Source: Mustelus asterias (lineage: Eukaryota). Taken from it: a stretch of DNA of 64,000 bases. Where the stretch lies: positions 13,702,001 to 13,766,000 of the forward strand of contig NC_135830.1 in the NCBI RefSeq assembly GCF_964213995.1, read 5' to 3'. Of the stretch, positions 49,711 to 60,339 are shown piece by piece. Below the pieces are notes generated by a model. That model saw only the letters and a program-made list of their open reading frames with translations, had not been told where the DNA came from and did no database searches. The position numbers and the translations under genes are program-made. Numbering within the stretch: the stretch's first letter is position 1; each line of letters starts with the position of its first letter.

Positions 49711-49998
49711 ATTTTGCAGGGGAAAAAACTGTCAACAATACAAAATACTCGTATGAACAGAGAGCTTTAGGTCCACATTTTCATTGCTAACGCCAACTCG
49801 TGATGTAATAACTTCGTCATTGTAAACACAATCTCGCGGTTGCAGTACGATGTCCTAAAAGCATTACTTCTAAATGTTTATATGTTTGGAGCCCAATTTA
49901 GAAAACGAAATAGTATTTGTAATATTCCAGGTATGAAAAAAAGTATATGCAAAAGTAGTGGAATATCATCCAAAATACTCACGAGTACACTCAATTAA

Positions 49999-50713
49999 CC
50001 CTTTGAAGGGTAGAGCGACATGAATGTCGTCCATCGTATTCAGTGTAAGGCGACATAAATGTCGTTTCTCGGTAGGCTGACTTTGTCATGTCTGCAGTGA
50101 TTGGTCAAACATGATTAACGAACAGCTCTTGTTCCAATCAGATGCCTTCTTTCTTCAGCTTCATGATGATGTCATACACGTGTTATGAATGCATTATGAT
50201 AATGAATTAGGACTCTTTGTCTGGTGAGTGGTGACAGCGAGTCATTTGTCGCGTTGTAAACAACAATGGCGGCGCGCAAACAAAGTCTGTTTTGACGTTT
50301 TCACAGGCGGTAAATGCGCTCAACAACAGTTTTGATGTTGGATTTTGCAGTGATGATAGTGGGAGTGATTTAGATGCCGAGGATTTTGATGTTGATATTG
50401 GTGAATTATCAGATGATTATCGTGAATTTGATGAAACATTGATAGCACTGGAGGCAGTGGTGACAGTCATCGTGCTGTGGTGTGGGACTAATACTATGTT
50501 AGGGTGAATGTTGAAAAAAGTACTATATGTAACTAAATATGCACTAAAATAAGTATGTATACATGTTATAGCATGAAAGTAAACTGTTGCATTTATTTTG
50601 TATTTATTTGCATGTAGTACAAGTCCGGGGTGAAGATCCTCTATAAATAGGTATTTGTAATATTAATTCACCCACGGGGTACAGTTATGAAACTTTATTC
50701 ACCCTTAAAAGGG
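49999..50713 (+). mobile_element. piggyBac non-autonomous element nested in the hAT
   Basis: TTAA TSDs at 49995-49998 and 50714-50717; TIRs CCCTTTGAAGGGT and ACCCTTAAAAGGG; acidic N-terminal transposase remnant (SDDSGSDLDAEDFD). Confidence 0.88.
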
Positions 50714-51064
50714 TTAAACCAATTTTGTTTTGCTCTCGGGCCCCCCTCCCTTCCGGGCCCCGAGGCTTAAGCCTACTCAGCCTAATGGTTAATCCGCCAC
50801 TGTCTTCGAGCCACTGTTATTAACGGAGGTGGTGCTGCACGAGCCTTTAATAATCTGAGACAAATCAACAGCAATCAGCCGGAATGTGCAGGTTTGAGGG
50901 AAGCTTTCTGAACCGTCAGAGCTCGAAACGGAGTCAGTGAATGATATTCTGTCGGGTTTGAGTGTGCACTGTGAAGGGGAAGGCTCAATGTAACACAGTG
51001 TGAGACACAGTATTCTGTTGATATTCAACAGTAAACGTGAATTATTGCTCTTTTCCTCGCTCTG

Positions 51065-51282
51065 GGGTTAAAAAAACGTTTTCGACACGCGAAACTTTCG
51101 TGTGTATGTGAATGTGACGGTCACTACACTACAAATGCGATGTTGTATAATCCTGGGACCAGCTGGGATGTCGAACCGTGCAGTTTGATTGCACTTCAGA
51201 TCCATGTTTTATCTGTTTCTGAAGTGTGGTGTTTAATACTTTCACCTAACGTGCGAAAGGTTCCCTGTTTGAAATAGGACAA
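51065..51282. pseudogene. Two divergent degenerate tRNA-Val remnants (about 51065-51135 minus, 51215-51282 plus)
   Basis: TAGTGTAGTGACCGTCACATTCACATACACACGAAAG on minus; GTTTCTGAAGTGTGGTG..CCTAAC.TGCGAAAGGTTCCC on plus. Confidence 0.5.
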
Positions 51283-52500
51283 CAGTCTTCAAACTTACCC
51301 ATCTCTCAGTGTCAGGAAAAGATACCTCAGCCCCATCCGTTTGTTCTTAAGCATTGACAGAAAACATTATCTCACATTTACTCTTACCCAAGTATTAGAT
51401 GCTATTCTGCAAAATGTTCAGTTATGTCGACAGAGACAAGAATTGGCACAAATTTAAATTTATGATTCAAATGTTAGATCAATTTCTCTGCCGCATCAAT
51501 AAGGGTTTCAGCCGAATTGGACTTCCACAACACAGGTTCTGAAGTTCAATCAGACTGCACGGTTTGCCCTTCTAGACCATTCGTTTTTCTCCTGAGAGGA
51601 CTTTGTGTACTGAATGTTACCACATTCAGTTTATATTTGCAGAGGTCCCAGTTGGTCAACGGGGTATCAACATTATTAAAACTCAGTGTTCTGATTTTTC
51701 CGAATTCAATTTTATTGTTGAATGCGAACGGAACTGGGTATCAATCAAAATATTGAATATTTTTATCTTCACCTTTTCTGAGAAAACACACACAGCAAAA
51801 TCGCCAGTGCTTTCTGCTGGCAGGGGGTATTTGGACAGTACCGGGGGGCGGGGGCGGCTGGAATATTGCTGCTCTCCCCTATCTCATTCGCTGTAGAATG
51901 AGGAAGAGAGAATAATTACTGGGGATGTTAGAATGGAATAATTGAATGGATTTCTACTGGGTTCGAAGCAGACACAATTTAAGGCTAATCGTCGCAGAAC
52001 ACCCATTGCAGACACATGCATGTCACCGGGAACCAGCTCTCCTATAATAGGTGCTGTCTCCCTTCAAGCCTTTCGGTGACTTGTCTGTAAACAAACATTC
52101 GGACTGTCCCGAAGCTGATATTAGGTTTGAATTCCTGATGCGCTGTAACGAGAATACTTTCAATATCTCCCATCAGTTAATTTCACTGCTAACGTCAAAT
52201 TCAATGTTCCAGTATCATTCAGAAGGGAAAGACCCCTTTACTGTCTCTGCTCAGTCAGACAGTCCACTCTTTGGGAACAGGAATCTTCTGTGATTCCTGT
52301 TCCCAAAGAGTTTCTAAAAATTCACAACTTTGGCAACCATAATAATATATATCTTTGAAGCAATATAAGTTTGCAATCGATGTTAATATGATATTTCTGT
52401 TTCGATATTTATTCTTTTAGTTACATTTCCTCAATGTGGTTACTGGCCACGGTTGTGAGTCTGGACTTCGCCCCGACGCTGAACCCAACACGGTATTTCA

Positions 52501-52514
52501 CTGCCCTCTGGTGG
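52501..52514. promoter_or_regulatory. Candidate CTCF site
   Basis: CTGCCCTCTGGTGG, the reverse complement of the CTCF core CCACCAGAGGGCAG. Confidence 0.5.
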
Positions 52515-53933
52515 GGGTGAAATGGAACTACAAAGTGCAGCTTGCTCCCACTTGTGAGTCTTCGGGACTCAAGTTCTTGTTCAGCAATTTCCGATCTTGA
52601 ATTCTGCTACGATTTTGTTTATACCCTTTATTCAAATTTTAGACTGCACCTGGGTGAAGAATCTTTTTTGTTATGAGTCCATCTCCCACAGACAAATAGA
52701 ATCCTTTCCCAGATATGCTATCGCCCAGCCGCTGTGCTCAGCAGTTCAGACAGAAGAAGCGGTGAATTTGCAATATATCGATAACACGACATTTTGCTCC
52801 CTGAAAAGGGGAACATTCTAAACAAATCAATTCGGTCGCTTTCTAAGCAAAATAAACCAAATTAGTCTGTTAATCCCTGGCGCTATTCTGATTTATAACT
52901 CCCCCAATTTCTCCGACGACTTGGTGTTCTCTCGACTTCGTTGTCTCCAGGATTTGAACAGAGACCTCGAGCAATGATTTCCGCAGATTTCGCATCGTTT
53001 TCCCAAATGCCTATCAACAGTAACAAAGTCAGTATCTAAAGAGCTCCAATTTAGATATCTGAGCTGCATTTTTGTCTTGGCATATGTTATAGTAAACCTT
53101 GAATCAACTCATCAGGAAAATCCGAACGTGCATTGAAAACGATAGACGGTGCCAAATTCAAGCCCCAGCGTCATAAATTAAATCTGTATGTATGGTAGGC
53201 TTGTGATGACACAGAAGAGTCACCCCCCCCCCTCCCTCACCACCCCCCCCCCATCCCACCCCCACACGCACACACACATACTGCAATCAGCTGAACAGAG
53301 CCCGTGTTCCCTCTCTCCTTCTTAATCTCTGACTCGTCCCATTCCGATTTACTGAGGGGGATTCAGTTAGAGACGTTTCTGATCATACTGGTGACGCTCT
53401 TGCATCGTAACTACTGGAAAACGGTCATCAAGCCGGATAAACATATTGATACATACAGATGGCAACTTAAGTAACAATCCGAAATATTCATAGAATAGAG
53501 AATCATAGAATCCCTACAGTTAACCGGTAAGTTCACAAGTTTCACATCTTTACCGCACATTGCATTAACACATCGAGAACAATGGATTGATCGCAGCTCA
53601 GTAAATGAACCCTATCCACTTTGCCTCCACACACCTTGTGACGAACACTGGAGTTTAAATTCGACGGACAGTTGTTTTAGGTTCCCCTTCAAATTGCAGA
53701 AAACACAGACAGGGAACTGATCCCGATAGACGGTGCCAAATGTGCGTTCGTGAGAGTTTATTACCTCATTCAAACTCCTTCTCGGTACAGTCCCTGAGCT
53801 GTGGGAAATATGTTACACTTTTAGTGGCGCTGATTTGTTTATCGGGCTGTGATTCAGAGCAAAAAGCGGATTCTGTGAGTTAAAAGTAATTGATTGTCAG
53901 CGTTTGATTTGACGATCCTCTGGATTCTTACAG

Positions 53934-54222
53934 GACATTGTGGAGGAGACTCTGTTACACAGACAACGGCTGGAAGGAGATGATGTTCAGTTGTTCTGTA
54001 ACTTTACAGATACAGCCAGCAACCCCGACCTATTTTGGTACCGTCAGTATTCCAGCGGACCCATGGAGTTTCTGCTGCAGAGGAATAGATACAGCTGAAA
54101 AACAGAGAGATTTCCAGGGGACCGATTCTCTGCCGAGTTTGATTTGTTGAAGAGCACTATCCCGCTGAAAGTGTCTAAAACAAAACTGAGAGACTCCGGG
54201 GTGTATTACTGTGCACTGATCC
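53934..54222 (+). pseudogene. TCR alpha/delta-type V pseudogene 3 (decayed leader at about 53800-53845)
   Basis: GDSVTQT / LEGDDVQLFCNFTDTASNPDLFWYRQYSSGPMEFLL...YS*KT..RFSAEFD..LRDSGVYYCALI; frameshift plus TGA. Confidence 0.88.
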
Positions 54223-54261
54223 CACAGAGGCATAGAGCTGCGCTGAACCTCCACAAAAACT
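54223..54261 (+). promoter_or_regulatory. 23-RSS of V segment 3
   Basis: CACAGAG + 23 nt + ACAAAAACT. Confidence 0.9.
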
Positions 54262-56798
54262 CTCACAGCGTCACTCAGTACACCAATTTGGGAAGTTGAT
54301 TGAATGATAGTTGAGTATTTATATGACGCCTTTCTTGATGTGCCACAGTGTGTTCACTGTCACTGTGTTAATGGACTGGACAAGGCACAGCAGCCAAGTT
54401 GACCCCCGCATTATCCTTCAAACAACACCATTTTAATGAATAACATGTTTTAGGACGTTTATTGTTGGGTAGTTACTGACTAGAGCAATTCCACAGCTTT
54501 TCATAGAAATAGTGTCCTTGAGATCGATAACCCCCTTCCGAAAGGGCAGTCGGTGCCCCCGATTTAACATCTTATTCGAAATCTAAGACCTCTCATAATT
54601 CACCATTACCCTAGGACTGCACTGCCGCGTATGAATGGATCCTGGGTCTGGAGTCTCTGGAGAACGACTGGAATTTTGAAAACGTCTGATTCATAGGCGA
54701 TAGAACGAACAACTGAACCTCGCCTGACAATTGGTGTTTGTAGATTAACACTTGTACTGCTAATTCTGAGACACTTTCACCGTTTTGACAATGAATGTAT
54801 AGTTTATATTTACACGTGCAGATAGATTAGTGTAATGAATGGCCTCCTTCTGCACTGTAGAATCCTATGATTCTATGATTCTATGGGCGTTGTGGATCTC
54901 TATCTGAGAGCGTTGTCACACTGAGCCTCATAGTGGAGTGAAGAGATTTGCGAGTCCCATAATTTTCTGGATACTTTGAGTTTGTGATCAATAGTAACCA
55001 AAGTCTTTCGGCATGGAAAGAACTAATGCCCCTCCCCACATCTCATTCTCTCTCTCACTCTCTTTAAACACACACATACGCATACATACACACACAGACA
55101 GACAGACAAAAACACACTGTTTTCTGATCAACGCTATTAATTAGAAACATTGGCTGAATATTTTCGACCAACTAACTTGTGGTATTGGACCATGGAGTAC
55201 AATGGTTTATACAGGTCACTCTCTAACTCACCTGTGCTATATCGTTGGCAACTTAGAAACATAGAGATCAGAAGCAGCGGTAGGCCATTCGGCCCACAGA
55301 CCAGTTGCATTATTCATTTTGAACACGGATGATCATCAAATTTAATATCCTGAACCCCTTTCCCCTATATCCCAAGATCCCTTCAGACTTAGAACCATAG
55401 AACCATAGAAAATTACAGCTCAGAAACAGGCCTTTTGGCCCTTCTTGTCTGTGCCGAACCATTTTATGCCTAGTCCGACTGACCTGCACTTGGACCATAT
55501 CCCTCCACACCCCTTTCACTTCTGGAGCAATATCTAATTTCTTCGTGAAAACAGACAAAGTTATAGAAATATAAAAAGCAGAAATTTATCAGCAGTTGCT
55601 TGTCCGATATATACTGTCGTTCACAGTGCAATGTCACATCGCAAAATTATTTCCTGTAATTTATGGCTGACACCTGTGAAAGCGGTGAACTGTAGTTTCA
55701 TGCAGTTTTGTTCAAACATAATGTCTTGCAGAGCCACCTATTGGAATGTTCTCTGTAAACACATTTAGTCTCCAATATTGCATCATGATGTTACTGAAAT
55801 GTTATTATGCCAGTTCATAACGGATTTTACTGCTTTCATGTTATTATTCCTGCTGCTTATGGCTTTCTCGTTGTTTTGTTTTTGTCACGTTTCCTACTTA
55901 ATATTAATTACAATATTATTTTTCCTCGTTTGCTGGCATTCCAACGTAACTAGTAGAGTACATATTGCTGTGTATGAATATATGGACGTCGCTTAATCGA
56001 CTCATAGATCAACAACTGATGAGTTTGGATTATCGTGTCTCCCGTTTTCCCGAAAGTTCAGAGTGTCGAAAATCTAATTTCTCCACGTCTCGCTGCTTCA
56101 AAGTGTCAGAGACCCTGGATCCTTCCCGGCCTTGCCTGACTGTCAGTGTGGAGTTTGCACGTTCTCCCGGTGTCTGCGTGGGTTTCCTCCAGGTGCTCAT
56201 GTTTCCTTCCACAGTCTTTCATCAGAATGGCTCGGACATTACACTAAAGAAAGAGAATCGTCAGGGTTTAAAATAAAGATGAAATTTGCTCTCTTGTATG
56301 CGTTCATTGCAGTACAATAGTAACAATATGTGCAAGAATAAAGCGACATAATCGTGCAGCAACGCCGTTCAGAACGTTGAGATTTCGATGGTTTTCCCGT
56401 AATTGGCCAGTTAGCTCAGATCACCACCAAAAGGAGCTGCCTCACCAAGGTAGTGGGTTTACTGCAGCGGGTACGGGAACAATAGCATTGAGGTTCTGCT
56501 GCTGGTCTAGTATTCCAGGGAGGCAAGCAGCTCTCCGAAATCAATGATGGATATGGATCAATACCGCGATAACACCTCCAGTGTTTTCCGTTCAGGGAAT
56601 TGCTTGCAAACGATGAAAATTAGAATAAAGAGGAATTTTCCATCAAACAGCCCACATCCAGCGCCACAGAAAGAGAGAATTGGGGCTTGCTGTCCTTTGT
56701 AATATTGTCCTGTTTGTATTAACAGTTCATAATCCATGTTACAAGTTGAATTTATTGAGAGGCAGTGGGAATGCCTTTGCTGGTTTTTGTACGGGCTA

Positions 56799-57125
56799 GG
56801 CGGCACGGTAGCACAGTGATTAGCACTGCTACTTCACAGCTCCAGGGACCTGGGTTCGATTCGCGGCTCGGGTCACTGTCTGTGTGGAGTTTGCACCTTC
56901 TCCTCGTGTCTGCGTGGGTTTCATCCGGGTGCTCCGGTTTCCTCCCACAGTCCAAAGATGTGCGGGTTAGGTTGATTGACCATGCTAACATTGCCCCTTA
57001 GTGTCCTGAGATGCGTAGGTTAGAAGGATTAGCGGGTAAAATATGTAGGGATACGGGGGTAGGGCCTGGGTGGGATTGTGGTCGGTGCAGGCTCTTTCTG
57101 CAATGTAGGGTTCTATGATTCTATG
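56799..57125 (+). mobile_element. HE1-like SINE inserted in the RSS spacer of V segment 4
   Basis: GGCGGCACGGTAGCACAGTG head and CTATGATTCTATG tail; nonamer GGTTTTTGT at 56782-56790 on one side, V end on the other. Confidence 0.88.
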
Positions 57126-57146
57126 AACTGTGCCTCTGCACATGTG

Positions 57147-57585
57147 CGGGGATCAGCGCACAGTGATACATGGCAGAGTCAGAGGCACAGACCCCGGTGA
57201 TATTTAACAGAGCTGTTCTCTTGTTTTTGTCCAAATCAGCAGAAAACAGGTCAGGGAAATCTAGAGACTTATCCCCCTATCTGTTGCCGTAACTCCTCAG
57301 TAAATATCTCGGAGCTTCTCCGGGATAGTGGATGTACCAGAAGAGAGTTGGAGCAGAGTATTTTGTTGTGTAACTGCAGTTTAATATTACTACCTGTCCT
57401 TCCTGAACAGTTAATTCAAGCGGCTCCTGGGAGACTAGATATTGGCACTGGTTCCTGCAACAACATATGGAATGTGTGAGAAATCGGTGAGTAAATATAA
57501 TCCGTGAAACACACACTGATGATTTGAGCTCAGACTCACCGGGCAGCATGTCCATTATTATCAAGAAAGCACACAGGGAACACAT
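57147..57585 (-). pseudogene. TCR alpha/delta-type V pseudogene 4 (leader 57540-57585, V exon 57147-57454)
   Basis: Leader MCSLCAFLIIMDMLPG|gtgagt; VSQEPLELTVQEGQVVILNCSYTT..TLFWYIHYPGEAPRYLL..R*..SDSAMYHCALI; splice-phase mismatch and TAG. Confidence 0.9.
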
Positions 57586-58448
57586 GGTTCGTGATTGGAC
57601 ATGAACATGTTTCAGATGTGCTGGTGCTTCTAGTCTTATATCTAAAAATAAACTCAGATCAGAGGCATCTTGCAATTATTGCGAAATTGTTCCTCAGTGC
57701 CGCGATTGGCTTGTCTCCCTGAGATGATGTCAGCTGTTGCCCAATCATCTAAATGTTTTATACGGCTGAACCACATCAATCACATTCCACCCCTGGTTGC
57801 TTTTACCTGGCGTTCTCTCTCTTCCTCGGTTTCACTTTGTCACTCATTCTGTCTCTACCTCGGTTGAACTTGCCTTCCTTCGAACTCTTTCCTGAGGAAG
57901 ATCATTCTCTCTAATGAAAGTGAAAGATCAAATAAATGTTTTTAAATCAGGTATTATTAAGGGGCATGAGCATAAATGAAAGGTTACTGTCTTAATTACA
58001 CTGGGCGAACGTTGATACCCAACTTCATGTCGAGATGCAGTTCCAGTGGGACTGCTCTTGTACCGTTAAGGTACTTAATTAACCCAGTCAATATTTTGTA
58101 CCCAGAAAATGTGAAACAACTGAGTGTGCCTATGACATTATTTCACTTTAAAAACGTGTCCCCTGACAGCGAGGCATCTGATACAGAAAGGTTAAGTGTA
58201 CAAATAGATGATGGCATTCACTTGGAAGATCTGTGGGTTGTGTGAATGGCATCGCAAAATGGTTGGATTTGATCCAGAAGTAATCTGACCGCCAAAAGTC
58301 AAATTTCTCGACAGTGGCAATCATTGACCTCAGTGAGGGAAAACCATTCAGATGAGGCACAATGTCACGTTCACTATCTGTGCATTTTTTATGAAATTCA
58401 ACTCCATGTGCTTTCCTGACACCAAACTCTTGACTATCGACCTGTGGC

Positions 58449-58487
58449 AGCATTTGTATGAGGCCCAATAGACCCTCGCTCATTGTG
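58449..58487 (-). promoter_or_regulatory. 23-RSS of V segment 5
   Basis: CACAATG + 23 nt + ACAAATGCT. Confidence 0.88.
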
Positions 58488-58815
58488 GTTCTCAGTGCAC
58501 AATAATACACGGCGCTGTCTGTCATCTTCAAATCTTTCATGGACAAGTGAAAAGTGTTTTGTGCTTGCATGTGATTCCCGCTGAAGAGCTCAAGGCCGGG
58601 GGCCGTCTTCTTGTACCCGTAACTATCGGCTCTGAGCAGATACTGAGGAGCATGGAGTGAAGACTGCCGATACCAGAACAGGCCATATACTCTAGCTAAA
58701 CTCTGTACAGGGTAACTGCAGGGTATTGCTGAACCTTCACCCCCTGTTGCTTCAACTCTTGGTTCTGATTGGGACACTGAATCTCAATTACTCATCTCTG
58801 AATATAAACAATAGA

Positions 58816-59926
58816 AGTCATGTTGTGGAGATGACGGCTTTGGACTGGGGTGAACACGGTAAGAAGTCTCACAGCACCAGGTTAAAGTCCAACAGGTTTA
58901 TTTGGTAGCAAATACCATAAGCTGTCGGAGCACTGCTCCTTCGTCAGATGGAGTGGAAATGTGCTCTCAAACAGTGCAAACAGACAAAATCAAGTTGCAG
59001 AATACTAATTAGAATGCGAATCCTACAGCCAGCCAGGTCTTAAAGGTACAGACAATGTGGGTAGAGGGAACATTAAACACAGGTTAAAGAAATGTGTATT
59101 GCCTCCAGACAGAACAGCTAGTGAGATTCTACAAGCCCAGGAAGCAAGCTGTGGGGTTTACTGATAATGTGACATAAATCCAACATCCCGGTTTAGGCCG
59201 TCCTCATGTGTGCGGAACTTGGCTATCAGTTTCTGTTCAGCAACTCTGCGCTGTCGTGTGTCGTGAAGGCCGCCTTGGAGAACGCTTACCTGAAGATCCA
59301 AGGCTGAATGCCCGTGACTGCTGAAGTGCTCCCCACAGGAAGAGAACAGTCTTGCCTGGTGATTGTCGAGTGGTGTTCATTCATCCGTTGTCGTCGTGTC
59401 TGCATGGTTTCCCCAATGTACCATGCCTCGGGACATCCTTTCCTGCAGCGTATCAGGTAGACAATGTTGGCCGAGTTGCAGGTACTGTGTACCTGGTAGA
59501 TGGTGTTCTCACGTGAGATGATGGCATCCATGTCGATGATCCGGCACGTCTTGCAGATGTTACTGTGGCAGGGTTGTGTGGTGTCGTGGTCACTGTTCTC
59601 CTGAAGGCTGGGTAGTATGAGGTTGCGTGGTTGTTTGAAGGCAAGAAGTGGGGGTGTGGGGATGGCGTTGGCGAGATGTTCGTCTTCATCAATGAAATGT
59701 TGAAGGCTCCGGAGGAGATGCCGTAGCTTCTCCGCTCTGGGGAAGTACTGGACGACGAAGGATTCGCATTCTAATCAGTATTCTGCAACTTGATTTTGTC
59801 TGTTTGCACTGTTTGAGAGCACATTTCCACTCCATCTGACGAAGGAGCAGTGCTCCGAAAGCTTGTGGTATTTGCTGCCAAATAAACCTGTTGGACTTTA
59901 ACCTGGTGTTGTGAGACTTCTTACCG
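58816..59926 (-). mobile_element. Penelope-like element (GIY-YIG remnant, inverted pLTRs) in the V5 intron
   Basis: CNSANIVYLIRCRKGCPEAWYIGET..RQRMNEH; 168-bp inverted repeats 58857-59024 and 59759-59926; 13-bp TSD TATAAACAATAGA. Confidence 0.9.
59832..59868 (+). ncRNA. Minimal type I hammerhead ribozyme
   Basis: CCAT-CTGACGA-AGGAGCAGTGCTCC-GAAA-GCTT-GTGG; the mirror copy at 58915-58951 has GAAA changed to GACA. Confidence 0.75.
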
Positions 59927-60339
59927 TATAAACAATAGACACAGGATGGATTAGAAGTAGGATGAAGATGATAATCACGCAGAGACAGGAAGGGCGAATT
60001 GCACAAAGATCGCAATACTTTTTAGGAAGTTTGATTGACTTTTAACCAGGGTAAAAAGCAAAATGAAGAACATTTTCACTACCATGATTCCACTACCATT
60101 AGCTCCTGAAACAGAAACAGCGATAATTGTGTGTACCTGACCTGGAATGCGAGAATTTGAAAGAGACAGGAGAATATAATGCGATTGGCTGGGGTTTATT
60201 TTCCCCGCCCATTTTGATACCTGCAAATCAATCACTTTCGACAGAAGGGGCCGTGATGTATTGTACACGGCATTCCAAATGTTATCCTATCAATGTCCTG
60301 TACAAATGAAGCATCGCCTGCCTATTTTTGTTATAAAAT

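Larger units (their letters stand above)
47042..50802 (-). mobile_element. hAT DNA transposon (DUF4371/ZMYM1-like transposase), full length, frameshifted
   Basis: 15-bp TIRs CAGTGACGGATTAAC and GTTAATCCGCCACTG; imperfect 8-bp TSD GGTTCGAG/TCTTCGAG. Confidence 0.9.
58488..60085 (-). pseudogene. TCR alpha/delta-type V segment 5 (leader 60040-60085, V exon 58488-58797), single nonsense codon
   Basis: Leader MVVKMFFILLFTLVK; exon MSN*DSVSQSEPRVEATGGEGSAIPCSY...LFWYRQ...LKMTDSAVYYCALR; TGA at 58784-58786. Confidence 0.88.

Noticed and set aside
53700-53765. Minus-strand FGT.. as a possible J segment
   Set aside because: No FGxG motif, 12-RSS or suitable splice donor
58148-58487. C-terminal extension of the 209-aa ORF after YYCALR
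   Set aside because: It runs through the RSS into non-coding DNA and shows no J or C domain features
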